64,000 nt of DNA from Alphaproteobacteria bacterium (GTDB lineage Bacteria; Pseudomonadota; Alphaproteobacteria; UBA8317). Location: contig JAYPQH010000030.1 of assembly GCA_038131935.1 (NCBI GenBank), positions 32,001 to 96,000 on the forward strand, in the 5' to 3' direction. The notes beneath the pieces were generated by a model that ran no database searches, was not told the DNA's origin, and worked only from the letters and a program-made list of their open reading frames with translations. The position numbers and the translations under genes are program-made. The number at the start of each line of letters is the position of its first letter. Position 1 is the first letter of the stretch. Shown one piece after another: positions 40,204-52,926 of the stretch.

Positions 40204-43200
40204 ATGATGTTGGATCCTTTCTTCATTACTTTGATCCTTTCTATTTATCTTGCGTTCCTCATTTTTGCAGCTGCGAAATTGGAGCATGTAAGTAGGTCTT
40301 CACGCGTTGCGCCCTTGGTCTATGTTTTGGGTCTTGCTGTATATTGTACCTCATGGACATTTTTTGGCTCAGTAGGCCTGGCAGCCAACTCCGGTTGGGC
40401 ATTCGCATTTGTTTATCTTGGACCGATCTTTTTGTTCATCGCTGGTCGCTCCTTCCTTCAACGATTTGTTGATATGGCCAGGGATAACAATGTGACCTCA
40501 TTGGCGGACTTTTTAGGGGCCCGTTATGGGAAGAGTCGAGGTCTTGCTGTTATGGTAACGCTCACCATGTTGCTGGTTTCACTTCCTTATCTGGCACTTC
40601 AAATCAAAGCTATTGATAATTCAGTAGGTTTTTTGGTGGCTTCTGATGATGTAGGGGAAGGGATTTCATTGCCGCTTTTGTTGGTGCTGGCATTTTTTGC
40701 AACCTCCTTCATTGGACGTGATGGGGGGGTGTCTGCACGATCAAATGGATTGTTGGTCACGGTCGTCATTGAATCTGCGCTCAAAATCACCGCCGCGGTT
40801 TTGGTAGGAGGCAGCCTGATGGTGCTGTTTGGAGAGCAACAGGTTTTTCGACAAGAAGCATGGCAACAAATTTCTATCAAGACGCCACCATGGCCGGACA
40901 TGGCCATTATTACATTGATTTCCGCGGCTGCAGCACTTTGTTTGCCGAGGCAATTTCATATGATGGTTCTTGAATATCCTAAAAAACAAGACGGTTTGAA
41001 AGCCGCATCATGGGGGTTCCCTCTTTATCTTGTCTTGATCAACCTCTTTGTTGTGCCTGTCGCCATGATTGGCAGCGATATGTTTGGACAAACACCCATG
41101 CCCGCAGATCTCTATCTTTTGGCGGTTCCCTCTGCTGTTCAAGCAGACTGGCTGGCCGTTTTGGCTCTTTTGGGTGGGTTTTCCGCCGCCACAGCCATGA
41201 TATTGGTTACCTCTTTTGCACTGTCTACCATGATTACCAACGAAGTGATGGTGCCAACGGTCCTGACTTTTTCATCCCGCGGGGATCGGTTTGATGCGCG
41301 TAAGTTGGTTATTTATCGCAGGGCAGCAATCGTATTGATCTTACTGTCTTCATACATGGCCTACCGTTGGATGGCTCATGATCGTGGCTTATGGAAATCG
41401 GACTGGTGTCATTTGCAGGTGTGGCCCAATTTGCTCCACCTTTGGTTGCCGCTGTGCTTTGGCAAAAAGCAAGTAAAAAGGGCGCTGTCATCGGTCTCAG
41501 CATGGGGCTATTATCTTGGGTCTGTTTGGTTATGGTGCCTGAATTGGGGCTAGGTATGCCTCAATTGGCTTTGGAACATTGGTTCCCTGGCGTCTTGTTG
41601 CCTTTGCTACCCGGTGAGACAAATTTTTCCCAAGCGACCTTATTATCTATAGGTCTAAATGTTGTCTGCCTTGTGTTGTTTTCAAAAGTTTTTCCCGCCA
41701 CAAAAACAGAGCATTTGCAAACCCTACGCTTCACAGATCCTTTTCGGGCGGTTCGCCGACATCGGGAACGTGTTTTAGAAAATGGTTATGGCACGATCAC
41801 AGTGGGTGATCTTCGGCAATTGTTAGAACCATATTTAGGCGAAAATGCGGTGCAACAATTGTTGCGTGAAAAGGCTGAAATATCGGGGCAGCTCATTGCT
41901 GACCAAACCCCCGTAAGTATCACTCTTTTGCGTGATGGAGAAAGATTACTTGCAGGGGTTCTAGGGGTCTCTAGCGCGCGCCTCGTTTTAGGTATGGCGT
42001 TAGAAAGACAAAGGTTAAATGTTGACGTAACCATGTCTTTGTTGGATGACGCGACGGAAGCTATCCAGTATTCTCGTGCCGTGTTGGAGGCGACCATTGA
42101 GAATGTCTCTCAAGGCATAGGTGTTTTTGACCAAAATTTAACCTTGATTTGTCGAAACGAACATTTTGTTGATCGACTAAGATTGCCACAGCGTCTGGTT
42201 GGTATAGGCACGCCCCTAGAAGACATCCTCGTCTATCTGGCTCAAATCGGCGACTTTGGTCCCGGTGATATTCATGACCTTGTGGCTCAGAGGATGGCGG
42301 TTTATCGACGCGAGGAGGAAGAACGTTTGGTGCGTACCCGACCTGATGGAACGGTTCTGGAAATCATCACCACGCCGATACCAAACCTTGGTGTTGTCGC
42401 GAGTTATAATGACATTACAGATGAAGTGCGGGCTCAGGAGACGTTAAAAATGGCAAACGCCTTGTTGGAGCGTAGGGTAGGTGAACGTACAAGAGAATTG
42501 CGAGATACCAACAAGGCATTGCGCCAAGCGCAACTTCAAGCGGAACAAGCCAATCGCTCCAAAACGAGGTTTCTGGCAGCTGCAAGTCATGACCTCTTGC
42601 AACCTCTGAATGCCGCACGGTTGTTCGTGTCATCGCTTGAAGGAAGGATCGATGCACAAGATGATCGGCTGCTGCTGCAGCGTGCCGAAGTATCTTTGGC
42701 GGCTGTTGATGACTTGTTAAACACGTTGCTTGATATCACAAAATTGGATGCTGGTGTGATGCCTGTTCATGTATCTCAATTCCCGTTGGATGATATCTTA
42801 GCGCCCTTGACCGTCGAATTCTCCGCCTTTGCTGAGCGAAAAAACCTCAAATTAATTTATGTGCCCACGACAGCGATGGTTCGTTCAGATCCCAAATTGT
42901 TGCGGCGTGTGGTTGCAAACTTTCTTGCAAATGCGGTGCGTTATACAGAACAAGGTCGAATTCTTCTTGGATGTCGTCACCAAAATGATCAACTCATTTT
43001 GCAGGTGATAGACACGGGTGTGGGAATTGATGAACAGAAAATACCAGATATTTTCAAAGAATTTTCTCGATTGGAGAGCACAGAAAATATGTCCCATGGT
43101 TTGGGGTTAGGGCTCTCTATTGTTCAACGAATCGCCAACGCATTGGGTCATGAGCTGGGTATTGCCTCCAAATTGCGTAAAGGTACGCTCATGAGTATCA

Positions 43201-43652
43201 GCCTTCCTAAGGTGGCTCATAAAAAAGTTTTCACAACCAAGCCGGTGAAAGCAAAACCTCAAAATGCCAGTGGTTTTGAGGGTTTGCGGGCGTGGGTCAT
43301 TGATGATGAACCTGATATACGTTTGGCGATGAAAACGCTTCTTGAGCGTTGGAAGCTTCACGTTGAGGTTTTTGCGACCGCAGGCGATGTGCTGCGCAGC
43401 TGTGAACAGGTGGGGCCGCCGGATCTATTATTGGCAGACAATTATCTTTCTTCTCAAGTCACTGGTATGGATGTGATCACTCAGATCAAACATAAAAATC
43501 CAGCGGCCAAAGCAGTTTTGATCACTGCTGATCGAACTGATGCGCTTAAATCTCATGCCGACAATTTGTCCGTGCCGGTGCTCTATAAGCCCTTACGTCC
43601 AGCAGCGCTCAGGGCCACTTTGATGCATCTGGTGCAACGTACAGATCCGTGA
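40204..43652 (+). CDS. crbS: CrbS/PrlS/MxtR-type hybrid sensor kinase (SLC5 transporter-like, STAC, PAS, HisKA, HATPase and REC domains); 1-nt deletion near 41385
   Basis: LAVYCTSWTFFGSVG, ADFLGARYGKS, LPRQFHM, GGFSAAT, LAGVLGVSSARL, SKTRFLAAASHDLLQPLNAA, NAVRYT, GLGLGL and a C-terminal receiver domain. Confidence 0.9.
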
Positions 43653-43707
43653 TGTGTGCCTTTGTTGTCAAAAATGCTTAGGATCAATTCTTTAAGGGGC
43701 TTAATTG

Positions 43708-44385
43708 TTAAGTTTGCGTAGCTTCTTCCCGTGCCATGTTGGCGGATTTATCCTCAACAAGAAGTTTGCTTGCAACAATGACCGCTTGCGTACGGCTGTT
43801 GACGCCCAACTTTTGCAGAATTGCTGATACATGAGCTTTGACCGTCGCCTCTGAAATGTTAAGTTCATAAGCAATTTGTTTGTTAAGCTTGCCCTCAGTT
43901 AAGAAGGTGAGCACACGTATTTGCTGCGGGGTCAATGATGCCATTCGGCGACCTAAATCCTGAGAAGCATCTGGCACTCCTGCTATCATATCAGCTGGAA
44001 AAGATGTCTCCCCAGATAAGACTTTTTCTATCGCCTCTTTGATCTCGCGTAGGCTAGATGACTTTGGAATATAACCAGAGGCACCAAATGAAGCTGCGGA
44101 GCGTATGACGTCGTCATCTTCAATGGCAGAGACAATGATGACTGGAATTTGCGGTTGATCCGCACGAAGATAGACCAAACCAGAAAAACCTCTCATCCCG
44201 GGCATGTTAAGATCCAAAACCATGAGTTCAGCATCTTGATGTCGGCCCAGTGCAGCATAAGCCTCATCATAATCGGAGGTTTCAATGATGCGTATCTGAG
44301 GGTCTAAACTTGCGATGGCTTGTGACAGCGCCACACGAAATAAAGGATGATCATCCGCAACAATAATCACGCGTCCTTGAGACAT
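43708..44385 (-). CDS. crbR: NarL/LuxR-type response regulator (CrbR/ErdR-like)
   Basis: ADDHPLFR, LDLNMPG..GFSGL, LTPQQIRVL, GKLNKQIAYEL and TVKAHVSAILQKLGV.SRTQAV; convergent with the kinase. Confidence 0.88.
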   Translation of the reverse strand: MSQGRVIIVADDHPLFRVALSQAIASLDPQIRIIETSDYDEAYAALGRHQDAELMVLDLNMPGMRGFSGLVYLRADQPQIPVIIVSAIEDDDVIRSAASFGASGYIPKSSSLREIKEAIEKVLSGETSFPADMIAGVPDASQDLGRRMASLTPQQIRVLTFLTEGKLNKQIAYELNISEATVKAHVSAILQKLGVNSRTQAVIVASKLLVEDKSANMAREEATQT

Positions 44386-44479
44386 TTTACCAAATCCCTG
44401 TTTTTTTGTTTTATGCTCTATTATACCCATCAATCGTTAAGTTGATGTCAACCTTATTTTTTTGATGCTGGGGGCTCAT

Positions 44480-45840
44480 ATGACCGTGACCATGCCGGAT
44501 GACTGTTGGAATAAGTTTCCATTACCTTTTAGAGATGGTGATGGCTTAGAAGTTCATGAGGTTGAACCGGGGGTATCTTGGACAAATTTTACAACCGAAG
44601 AAGAACAAAAAGATTAAAAATACAAGGTTTTGAGGGTAGGCTTCATGAATGGGCTGTGTTGGATGATCGCCGAACAATTTTGTTGGTCACCACCTGCGAT
44701 AGCCTCTCATCAAGCTGGGGCATTTTGGCGCAAAAGTTGGGGGCTGTGAACCTTAAGCTCGACCCTTCTGATGAGGGCTTCATGGCCCGTGCTGCGGGGT
44801 TTTTGGCGGCAAGGCGTACATTTGGGACAGAAACACCCGCACTTTCTTGTGAGGGCAAACTATCGCCAACGCAACGGGCTATTCTGCAAGCTTATGGTTC
44901 TGCCCTAAAATTGATTGAGGCGCCAACATCACAATTACATGTTGCTGAGTTGGTGCATGCAGGGGTTATGCTTGCTGAGCAGTATGATGCTAGATGTCAG
45001 GTATTTTCTATTGATGACGATCCTGATGCGTTTCCTGCCATCCATGCTGTGGGACGCACGGCTTTGGGGCGTCCTCAATTGCTTAGGTTTACTTGGGGGA
45101 ATATTGATCACCCGCGTGTGAGTTTGGTTGGAAAAGGGGTTGTTTTTGATACCGGTGGTCTAAACCTCAAGCCTGGTCAATCCATGGGTTTAATGCGTAA
45201 GGATATGGGGGGCGCGGCTTTTGTGCTCAGTCTGGCATCAGCCATCATGGCAAAAGGTTTGCCCGTCTATTTGGATGTCCTTATCCCTGCTGTTGAGAAT
45301 GGAATTGGCATAGGTGCGATGCGTCCCGGTGATATTCTCTCAACGCGTGCCGGTATAAGTGTGGAGATTGGCAATACCGATGCAGAAGGCCGTTTGATCT
45401 TGGCTGATGCCATGGATTTGGCGGTTGAAGCTCAGCCTGATTTGTTGATTGACGTGGCTACCCTCACAGGTGCTGCAAGGGTTGCCATGGGCTTTGACAT
45501 AACCCCCTATTTCTCAAGAGACCCCAAAACAAGGGTTGATCTATTGTCTATGTCCCAGAAAATAGGTGATCCATTATGGCCTTTGCCCCTATGGGAACCT
45601 TATGAGCGCAAACTTAGATCTGGTTTTGCTGATATCAATAATGTTGGTGATGATGGTTTTGGGGGGGCGATCATCGCTGCCTGTTTCTTGTCAAAATTTT
45701 GTGAAGATGTAGAGGACTGGTTACATTTGGATTTGGCAGCATGGGATCATGGAGATCGACCCGGACATCGTAAAGGTGCAGCCATGGCTGGCTGGTTCTC
45801 CATTCTAGCTTACCTAGAGGAACGTTATGGATCTTCATGA
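44480..45840 (+). CDS. M17 leucyl aminopeptidase family protein (PepB-like); indel in the A-run near 44610
   Basis: LVGKGVVFDTGG, MRKDMGGAA, NTDAEGRL and ATLTGA; N-terminus MTVTMP... starts at ATG 44480 in the adjacent frame. Confidence 0.9.
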
Positions 45841-46705
45841 GCGATTTTCTGATCGGCTGCGTGCGGCACGTGAAGATTTGGCGTGGTCAGGTTTAAAAGG
45901 TGATCTGGGCACGGCTCATCTTGTCCCTGGTTTCGTTCGTCAGGTCACCAAACCGCTGGCCCCTTTATGGGATGGTCCTCATCTTGATGCATCCCAGTCC
46001 AGTACCTTGGTATTCGGACGTTTGTTTAGGGTTTTAGAAACAGATTCCATGCGTTGTTGGGGGCAAGTGTTGGATGATGGATATGTAGGGTGGATTGATC
46101 GTGGGTCGTTGGGTAAGCCCATCCCTACTGACCATGAAGTCATCATGAGGTCCGTGGTCTTGAGCAGAAAGCCGCAACTCAAAAGTCCTCCACGCGATCA
46201 TCTCCCTCTTGGGGCCAAGGTCCAAGTATTGGGGTGGATAGATAACGGTTTTGCACAAACCCCTAATGGTTTCGTCCCTGCCTCGGCTTTGCGCAAGTCT
46301 TATGAAGCCATAGATGCTTCTTTGATCTTACATGTGGGTGAAAGTATGCTTGGTACGCCTTATGTCTGGGGGGGTGGTGGCTATGATGGAATTGATTGTT
46401 CAGGGCTTGTACAAGCACTCTATCGCTTGGTGGAACCAGGGGTGTTGCGTGATGCAGACATGCAAGAGCAAACCCTAGGGACTCCATGTGAGGGGGCTCA
46501 TCTTCCCGGTGATTTGCTGTTTTGGCCGGGGCATGTTGCAATCATGTGGACTCATGGGAGGGTTTTGCATGCATCAGGGCATCATATGCATGTGTTGCTC
46601 GAGCCGTGGACGCAAGCCGCTGCACGTTTGGAAAAACAAGTTGGGTCTGTTCGAACCAGACGCCGTCATCCCATCATGGCTGCTTTGATGAGCTCTTTGG
46701 TGTAG
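45827..46705 (+). CDS. NlpC/P60 (C40) peptidase with SH3-like N-terminus and no signal peptide
   Basis: WGQ..DDGYVGW, GTPYVWGG, DCSG, RDADMQ, GHVAI and HAS. Confidence 0.9.
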   Translation: MDLHERFSDRLRAAREDLAWSGLKGDLGTAHLVPGFVRQVTKPLAPLWDGPHLDASQSSTLVFGRLFRVLETDSMRCWGQVLDDGYVGWIDRGSLGKPIPTDHEVIMRSVVLSRKPQLKSPPRDHLPLGAKVQVLGWIDNGFAQTPNGFVPASALRKSYEAIDASLILHVGESMLGTPYVWGGGGYDGIDCSGLVQALYRLVEPGVLRDADMQEQTLGTPCEGAHLPGDLLFWPGHVAIMWTHGRVLHASGHHMHVLLEPWTQAAARLEKQVGSVRTRRRHPIMAALMSSLV

Positions 46706-48227
46706 GTTTGCTTGGGCTGGGAAAAAATCTCTGACGTGGTGCCTTTTTCAATCAGCTTTCCTGCTTTCATAACCAGGATTTCATCGGCCAAAGCTCTGAT
46801 GACACGGAGATCATGGCTGATAAATATATAGCTCAAATGACGGGTTTCTTGCAGGTGCCGCAGCAAGGAAATGATATGCATTTGAACGGACAAATCCAAT
46901 GCGGATGTCGGTTCATCAAGAACCAACAAACGAGGGTTGAGAATTAATGCACGGGCTAGTGCAATGCGTTGACGTTGTCCCCCTGAAAATTCATGAGGGT
47001 AACGATGGCGCATCTCTGGGTCGAGATCTACTTCCCTCAAAGCCTCTTGCACCATGCGATCACGTTCTTCCGCGGTTAATGAGCGGTGGTGAACCTCAAG
47101 TCCTTCTGCCACAATGCGACCAACATCCATGCGCGGAGAAAGGGATCCAAATGGGTCTTGAAAAACAACTTGCATCCGGGCACGCAAGCCAGCGGGCGTT
47201 TTTTTCAATCGTTGTAAGTTTTGACCTTCAAAAAGAATATCGCCTTGGGAGGAAAGCAGTCGTAAGATGGCTAAGCATGCCGTTGTTTTGCCAGAACCCG
47301 ATTCCCCAACAACCCCTAGGGTCCGGCCCTGAGGCAGTGTAAATGAAAGTCCATCTACAGCTTTTATGACATCAACCTGCTTGCGAAGAAGGCCTCGTTT
47401 GACAGGGAAATGGACTTTTAGGTTGCTCACTTCGAGTATGTTGTTGTCAGTTGGTTTGCGGATAATGGGGGCTGGGGAGAGGCATTTAAAAGCTTTTGTG
47501 TGTAAGGATGCTGTGGCTTACGGAAAATATCATCAACAGCTCCTTGTTCAACGACACAACCTTGCTGCATGACACTGACATGATGAGCCATGGCCTGAAC
47601 CACATGCAGGTCATGGCTAATCATCAAGATAGCCAAGCCAAATTGTTCGTTAAGGGTTTTTAGAAGATCTAAAATTTGCGCTTGGACAGTCACATCAAGG
47701 GCTGTTGTGGGCTCGTCTGCAATGAGCAATGCTGGTGACTTGGCCAGCGCCATGGCAATCATGACACGTTGCCGTTGTCCACCTGAAAGCTCATGTGGAT
47801 AGGCCTGGCAGCGCTGTTCTGGGTCGCGGATACCCACTTGGTCTAGCAACGTAACAACGCGTTTGGGGATGTCTGCTTTAGGAACCCCTACAAGTTCTAA
47901 CGCTTCACCAATTTGCTTTATTACACGGTGCAAAGGGTTGAGGGATGTCATGGGTTCTTGAAAGATATAACCCAGAGACTCTTTGCGTAACATCACTTGA
48001 TGGGCAGGGGTTAAGGTTTCTCCACGGAACAACAATGCACCGCTGCATTGAGCAGATGGGGGTAGAAGTCCTCCAATCGAAAGTCCTGTCAGGGACTTCC
48101 CAGAACCCGATTCTCCAACAATCGCATGGATAGCACCAGGGTTGATGCTGATATTGACGCCATTCACCACTGGTGGGTTCGGGCCAAATTGGATGGTTAG
48201 GTCTTTTATATCAAGAAGTGGGCTCAT
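46666..48227 (-). CDS. yejF: Double-domain ABC ATP-binding protein YejF; frameshift near 47470
   Basis: Two GESGSGK Walker A motifs and two YPHE(L/F)SGGQRQR motifs, split between 47427-48227 and 46666-47430. Confidence 0.9.
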
Positions 48228-49270
48228 GAATCAGATCCTTGAAAGGTTTTTCGAGGGTCTAAGGCGTCACGCACGGCCTCTCCAAAAAAAACCAAAAGGG
48301 ATAAGGTTAAAGCAATCACCACAAAGCCTGTGATGGCCAACCATGGCGCTTCCAAATTGTTTTTGCCTTGACGGAGTAACTCGCCCAAAGAAGCTGACCC
48401 AGCAGGCATACCTAGTCCTAAAAAATCCAAAGAGGTGAGGGTTGTGATGCCCGCATTCAATATAAAAGGCATAAAGGTTAGTGTGGCGACCATGGCATTG
48501 GGTAGGATATGGCGTGTCATGATGGTGCGATCTGAGACGCCTAAGGCACGGGCTGCGCGCACATATTCAAAATTTCTGGCGCGAAGGAATTCCGCACGAA
48601 CCACCCCTACCAAGGTAACCCAGGATGTCGCGGCCATGATAGCCAACAAAATCCAAAAGCCAGGTGTGAATACCGCAGAAAGGATGATCAACAGATAGAG
48701 GTAGGGGATGGCGTTCCATATTTCCACAAATCGCTGAAATAACAAATCAACCCAGCCACCAAGATAGCCCTGAATAGCGCCTGCCATGACACCAATGAAG
48801 GAGGATACCAACGTCAACAGGATGCCAAACAAAACAGATATACGAAAACCGTAAATAAGTCGTGCCAAGACATCTCGTTGTTGATCATCTGTTCCCAACC
48901 AATGTCGTGAAGATGGTGGGGCAGGGGCAGGTTCATTCAAATCAAGGTCGTGGGTATCATAAGAAAAGGGGATTAATGGCCAAAGCATCTTGCCATCACC
49001 TTGCTTAATCAGATCTTGAATAAAGGGATCTTTGTAATCAGGTTCCAAATCAAATTCACCACCAAAGGTGGTCTCGGGATAATAGAACAAAATAGGTGTA
49101 TAAATTTCTCCCTTATAGGAGATATAAATTGGTTTATCATTCGCAAGAAATTCTGCACCTAGAGAGAGCAAAAACAAGAACAAAAAAATGATAGAAGCAT
49201 AAAACCCGCGTTTGTTTGCGCGAAATAAAGCCCAACGTCTTTGGTTAATGGGGTCTTTGATCCAGGTCAT
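48224..49270 (-). CDS. yejE: Peptide ABC permease YejE
   Basis: [28 protein letters not shown] and [16 protein letters not shown]. Confidence 0.93.
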   Translation of the reverse strand: MTWIKDPINQRRWALFRANKRGFYASIIFLFLFLLSLGAEFLANDKPIYISYKGEIYTPILFYYPETTFGGEFDLEPDYKDPFIQDLIKQGDGKMLWPLIPFSYDTHDLDLNEPAPAPPSSRHWLGTDDQQRDVLARLIYGFRISVLFGILLTLVSSFIGVMAGAIQGYLGGWVDLLFQRFVEIWNAIPYLYLLIILSAVFTPGFWILLAIMAATSWVTLVGVVRAEFLRARNFEYVRAARALGVSDRTIMTRHILPNAMVATLTFMPFILNAGITTLTSLDFLGLGMPAGSASLGELLRQGKNNLEAPWLAITGFVVIALTLSLLVFFGEAVRDALDPRKTFQGSDS

Positions 49271-50364
49271 GACAGATTTCGGCTTTCAAAATCTATGCGC
49301 GGGTCAATCAATGTGTAGGTTATATCCGTGATTAAACCCATCACGAGACCGATCAAGGAAAAAATAAATAAGGTGGCGAACACAACGGGGTAATCACGCT
49401 GTAAAGCTGCTTCAAATGCAAGCAAACCCAAGCCATCCAACGAAAAAATAGTTTCGATCAGTAAAGAGCCTGTGAAAAATAGCGATACAAATGCTGCTGG
49501 AAATCCTGCGATCACGATAAGCATCGCATTTCTGAATACATGTCCATAAAGCACCTTGCGGTCGGATAGGCCTTTTGCCCGTGCGGTTATGACATACTGC
49601 TTAGAGATTTCATCGAGGAATGAATTTTTGGTCAACAATGTTAAGGTGGCAAAGCCAGAAATAGACATTGCCAACACAGGTAGGGTGATATGCCAAAAAT
49701 AATCCAAGACCTGTTGGAAAAAAGTCATTTGATCTGCATGATCAGAGGCAAGACCTCTTAGCGGGAAAATAGAGAAAAATGACCCCCCAGCGAAGAGAAC
49801 AATCAACAAAATACCAAATAAAAACCCAGGAATCGCATAACCAACCACCACAAGAAAGGAGGTCACAACGTCAAATTTGGTTCCATCAAGAACGGCTTTT
49901 CGGATCCCAAGCGGTATGGATATCAGATAGGACAACAAGGTGGTCCAGAGTCCCAATGAAATGGATACAGGCAACTTCTCAATAATGAGATCAATCACCG
50001 CTATGGAGCGAAAATAACTCTCGCCAAAATCAAATCTTATGTAATCCCACAACATGATGGCAAAGCGTTCATAGGCAGGCTTGTCAAAACCAAATTGTTT
50101 TTCCAGTTCCGCGATAAAAGCTGGGTCTAGCCCTTGGGATCCTCGATAGTCACTATTGGCTGTGCTGGCGACATCCCCCGTTGCGCCGCCTGTTACCCGT
50201 GAGAGGACAGAGCCATGGTCACCTTGCAGTTGCGCAATCATTTGTTCAACGGGGCCGCCTGGAGCAAATTGAATGATGGCAAAATTGATGAGCATAATCC
50301 CCAAAATGGTAGGGATCATGAACAAAAGTCGCCGCAGGATATAGTGACTCAAGGCTTCACCCAC
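49267..50364 (-). CDS. yejB: Peptide ABC permease YejB
   Basis: [29 protein letters not shown] and [20 protein letters not shown]. Confidence 0.94.
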   Translation of the reverse strand: MGEALSHYILRRLLFMIPTILGIMLINFAIIQFAPGGPVEQMIAQLQGDHGSVLSRVTGGATGDVASTANSDYRGSQGLDPAFIAELEKQFGFDKPAYERFAIMLWDYIRFDFGESYFRSIAVIDLIIEKLPVSISLGLWTTLLSYLISIPLGIRKAVLDGTKFDVVTSFLVVVGYAIPGFLFGILLIVLFAGGSFFSIFPLRGLASDHADQMTFFQQVLDYFWHITLPVLAMSISGFATLTLLTKNSFLDEISKQYVITARAKGLSDRKVLYGHVFRNAMLIVIAGFPAAFVSLFFTGSLLIETIFSLDGLGLLAFEAALQRDYPVVFATLFIFSLIGLVMGLITDITYTLIDPRIDFESRNLS

Positions 50365-52127
50365 CAGATTTCTGGGAAGCCAATGTCATGGCTAGGGAAT
50401 GGTTCTGGATGGTCAAGTTTGGCATCATAGGCAATACGTTCACCAGGAAAATACCAATTGGGCACCAAATAATGTCCCCATAACAAAACACGGTCGAGTG
50501 CACGGCATGCTGCGATCAACGCCTGTCGGTCTTCCGCGAAGATAATGGCATCCACCAAACTGTCCACAACAGGGTCAGAGACCCCCATGAGGTTTCTGCT
50601 GCCAGGCCTATTGGCTGCATCACGCGACCAAAAATCACGTTGTTCATTTCCTGGACTGGTTGATTGTGCAAACCCTGCAGACACCATGTCAAAATCAAAT
50701 TCTTCCAATCTTTTTTCATATTGGGCCGCATCCACCATCCTGATACGCGCCTCAATGCCAAGGTCACCAAGATTGTTGACAAAAGGAGCGACAACCCTCT
50801 CACTATCCGCATTGTTAATGAGAAATTCTAGGGTGAATGGCTCACCCTCAGCATTGATAAGGCGGCCATTGTTGAGTGACCATCCTGCCTTTTTCAATTC
50901 AGATAACGCCATGCGCAGTTGACGTCGGCGTTGATAGCCCCCTTGTTCTTCACCAGGGATGATCACGGGAGACGTGAAGATTCCCTTTGGGAGTTGATCA
51001 GCAAATGGCTCTAACAATGCAAGTTCCTGGCCTTCAGGCAGTCCACGCGCTGCCAACTCAGAGCCTTGGAAGTAGCTTTTCGTTCGAAAATATTGATCAA
51101 AGAAAAGATTTTTATTGAGCCAAGCGAAGTCAAACATTCTTGCAAGTGCTTGGCGCACCAGGGGATCGGAAAACTTTGATCGGCGGGTGTTGAAGACAAA
51201 GCCTTGCATAGGTTTTACCCCAGCCAATGGCACCGATTGCCTCACGACATCCCCTTTGAGAAATCTTGGGAAATCATAGCCTGTTGCCCAACGCTTGGCT
51301 TGGTTTTCGGTGTGGTAATCATAAACACCCGTTTTGAAAGCCTCAAAAGCAACGGCAGGATCTCGAAAATATTCTACCCGAATTTGGTCAATATGATGCA
51401 AGCCTTTTCGGCTTGCTGTCTGATCTGCCCAGTAATCACGTCGTCGCTGATAGGTGATTTGTTTTCCAACATCGACATCACTCACCATGTAAGGGCCAGA
51501 GGTTATCAATGGTATGAGCGAAGATTCATCAAAGGCACGTTCTTGAAAACTATCGGTGAAGAAAATAGGCAATTGGCTAACAATAAAGGGAAGTTCACGG
51601 TTGTTTTTTTCATTGAATTCAAAACGGATGGTTTGAGGACCTGTGACGGTGATGTTTGAAACATTTTTGTAATAATAACGGAAAAAAGGGCGCCCTTTAT
51701 CCCTTAACAACGAGAAACTTTCTTGGATATGTCGCGGGGTAATAGGTTGTCCATTGGAGAAGGTGGCACGCGGATCAATCGCAAATTCCACCCAAGAGAA
51801 ATCTTCAGGATGACGTAATTTTTCAGCGATGAGTGGATATTGTACGGAAGACTCATCCAAAGATCTTGTCATTAAGCTATCAAGGGTGAAGCCAATGCCT
51901 GTAACAGGGTTTCCTTTGAGAATAAATGGATTGACGCTATCAAAACTTCCAATCGCCGCTAGCCGCACCGCACCTCCTTGAGGTGAATCAGGGGTGGCAT
52001 AATCAAAATAAGAGAACCCAGTTTTGTATTTGGGAGGGTTCTCCAAACTTAAAGAGAATTGCCAAGACGGGTTAGCGTGCGCCGAAAACCCCCATAAACC
52101 AATTAAGAGAATCCATAATGCCTTCAT
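50349..52127 (-). CDS. yejA: Family 5 extracellular solute-binding protein YejA
   Basis: PKY...[35 protein letters not shown] and RALDRVLLW. Confidence 0.92.
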   Translation of the reverse strand: MKALWILLIGLWGFSAHANPSWQFSLSLENPPKYKTGFSYFDYATPDSPQGGAVRLAAIGSFDSVNPFILKGNPVTGIGFTLDSLMTRSLDESSVQYPLIAEKLRHPEDFSWVEFAIDPRATFSNGQPITPRHIQESFSLLRDKGRPFFRYYYKNVSNITVTGPQTIRFEFNEKNNRELPFIVSQLPIFFTDSFQERAFDESSLIPLITSGPYMVSDVDVGKQITYQRRRDYWADQTASRKGLHHIDQIRVEYFRDPAVAFEAFKTGVYDYHTENQAKRWATGYDFPRFLKGDVVRQSVPLAGVKPMQGFVFNTRRSKFSDPLVRQALARMFDFAWLNKNLFFDQYFRTKSYFQGSELAARGLPEGQELALLEPFADQLPKGIFTSPVIIPGEEQGGYQRRRQLRMALSELKKAGWSLNNGRLINAEGEPFTLEFLINNADSERVVAPFVNNLGDLGIEARIRMVDAAQYEKRLEEFDFDMVSAGFAQSTSPGNEQRDFWSRDAANRPGSRNLMGVSDPVVDSLVDAIIFAEDRQALIAACRALDRVLLWGHYLVPNWYFPGERIAYDAKLDHPEPFPSHDIGFPEIWWVKP

Positions 52128-52216
52128 GTTTACTCCCTTAACAAACCCTACCACGAATATGTGGGGTTTTGTGTCGATCAAACAACCATTTTGGATGTAA
52201 AAAAGGCGGTAAGGAC

Positions 52217-52780
52217 CTAATTGGCGGCTGGCAATGCAGCTGGGTTGTCAGACAAGCTTCTCAAATAGGCAATAATTGCGGCGCGATCCTCTGGTTTTTT
52301 AAGCCCAGCAAATCCCATTTTTGTTCCAGGAGCCCAATCTTTAGGATTGTGTAAGAAGCCATCAAGGTTTTCATAATTCCATTGATCACCGTTGGCATTC
52401 ATGCCTGCGAGCACCTCTGAGTAGCCAAAGCCATCAGCATGACCAATCGGTCCATTGACCAAACCCCATAAATTTGGACCAACTTTGTTGGCGCCACCGT
52501 TGTCAAAAGAGTGGCAACCAGCGCACTTCTTGGCGACTTTGGTGCCCTTATTGGTCAAATCTGACACATCCATTGAGGCGAGTAGCATGACGGTGGAAAC
52601 CTCTTCCACAGCCTGAGCTGTTTCGGTTGCTGGTTCAGGCTCAGGAACGGCAACTGCATAAGCAGGCTCTTCCAGTTTGTCTTCGTGAAAAATAACTTCT
52701 GCGAAAAAACCAGAAAGCAGAACCACAAGCACGGCAGTCAATACACCACCAGCAATTTTGTTGATTTCCATCATGTCCAT
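52217..52780 (-). CDS. cycM: Membrane-anchored cytochrome c (CycM / cy type)
   Basis: MEINKIAGGVL anchor, CAGCH, KVGPNLWG and PGTKMGFAGLKK. Confidence 0.92.
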   Translation of the reverse strand: MDMMEINKIAGGVLTAVLVVLLSGFFAEVIFHEDKLEEPAYAVAVPEPEPATETAQAVEEVSTVMLLASMDVSDLTNKGTKVAKKCAGCHSFDNGGANKVGPNLWGLVNGPIGHADGFGYSEVLAGMNANGDQWNYENLDGFLHNPKDWAPGTKMGFAGLKKPEDRAAIIAYLRSLSDNPAALPAAN

Positions 52781-52926
52781 AACAGACCACCTCTTATGTT
52801 CGTCACGTTTCTCTTTGCCCTGCATAATGCGAGAAATAGGGTTTGCTCAAGGGGTAAATGCGGTTCAAGGAGACGCAGGGGCATTTATGACAGCAAAAAA
52901 GATCTAAATTGGCGATTTTCACACCC

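Noticed and set aside
52877-52894. RegA/RegR-like site upstream of cycM (GGGGCATTTATGACAGC)
   Set aside because: Plausible by context but too degenerate to support from the sequence alone.
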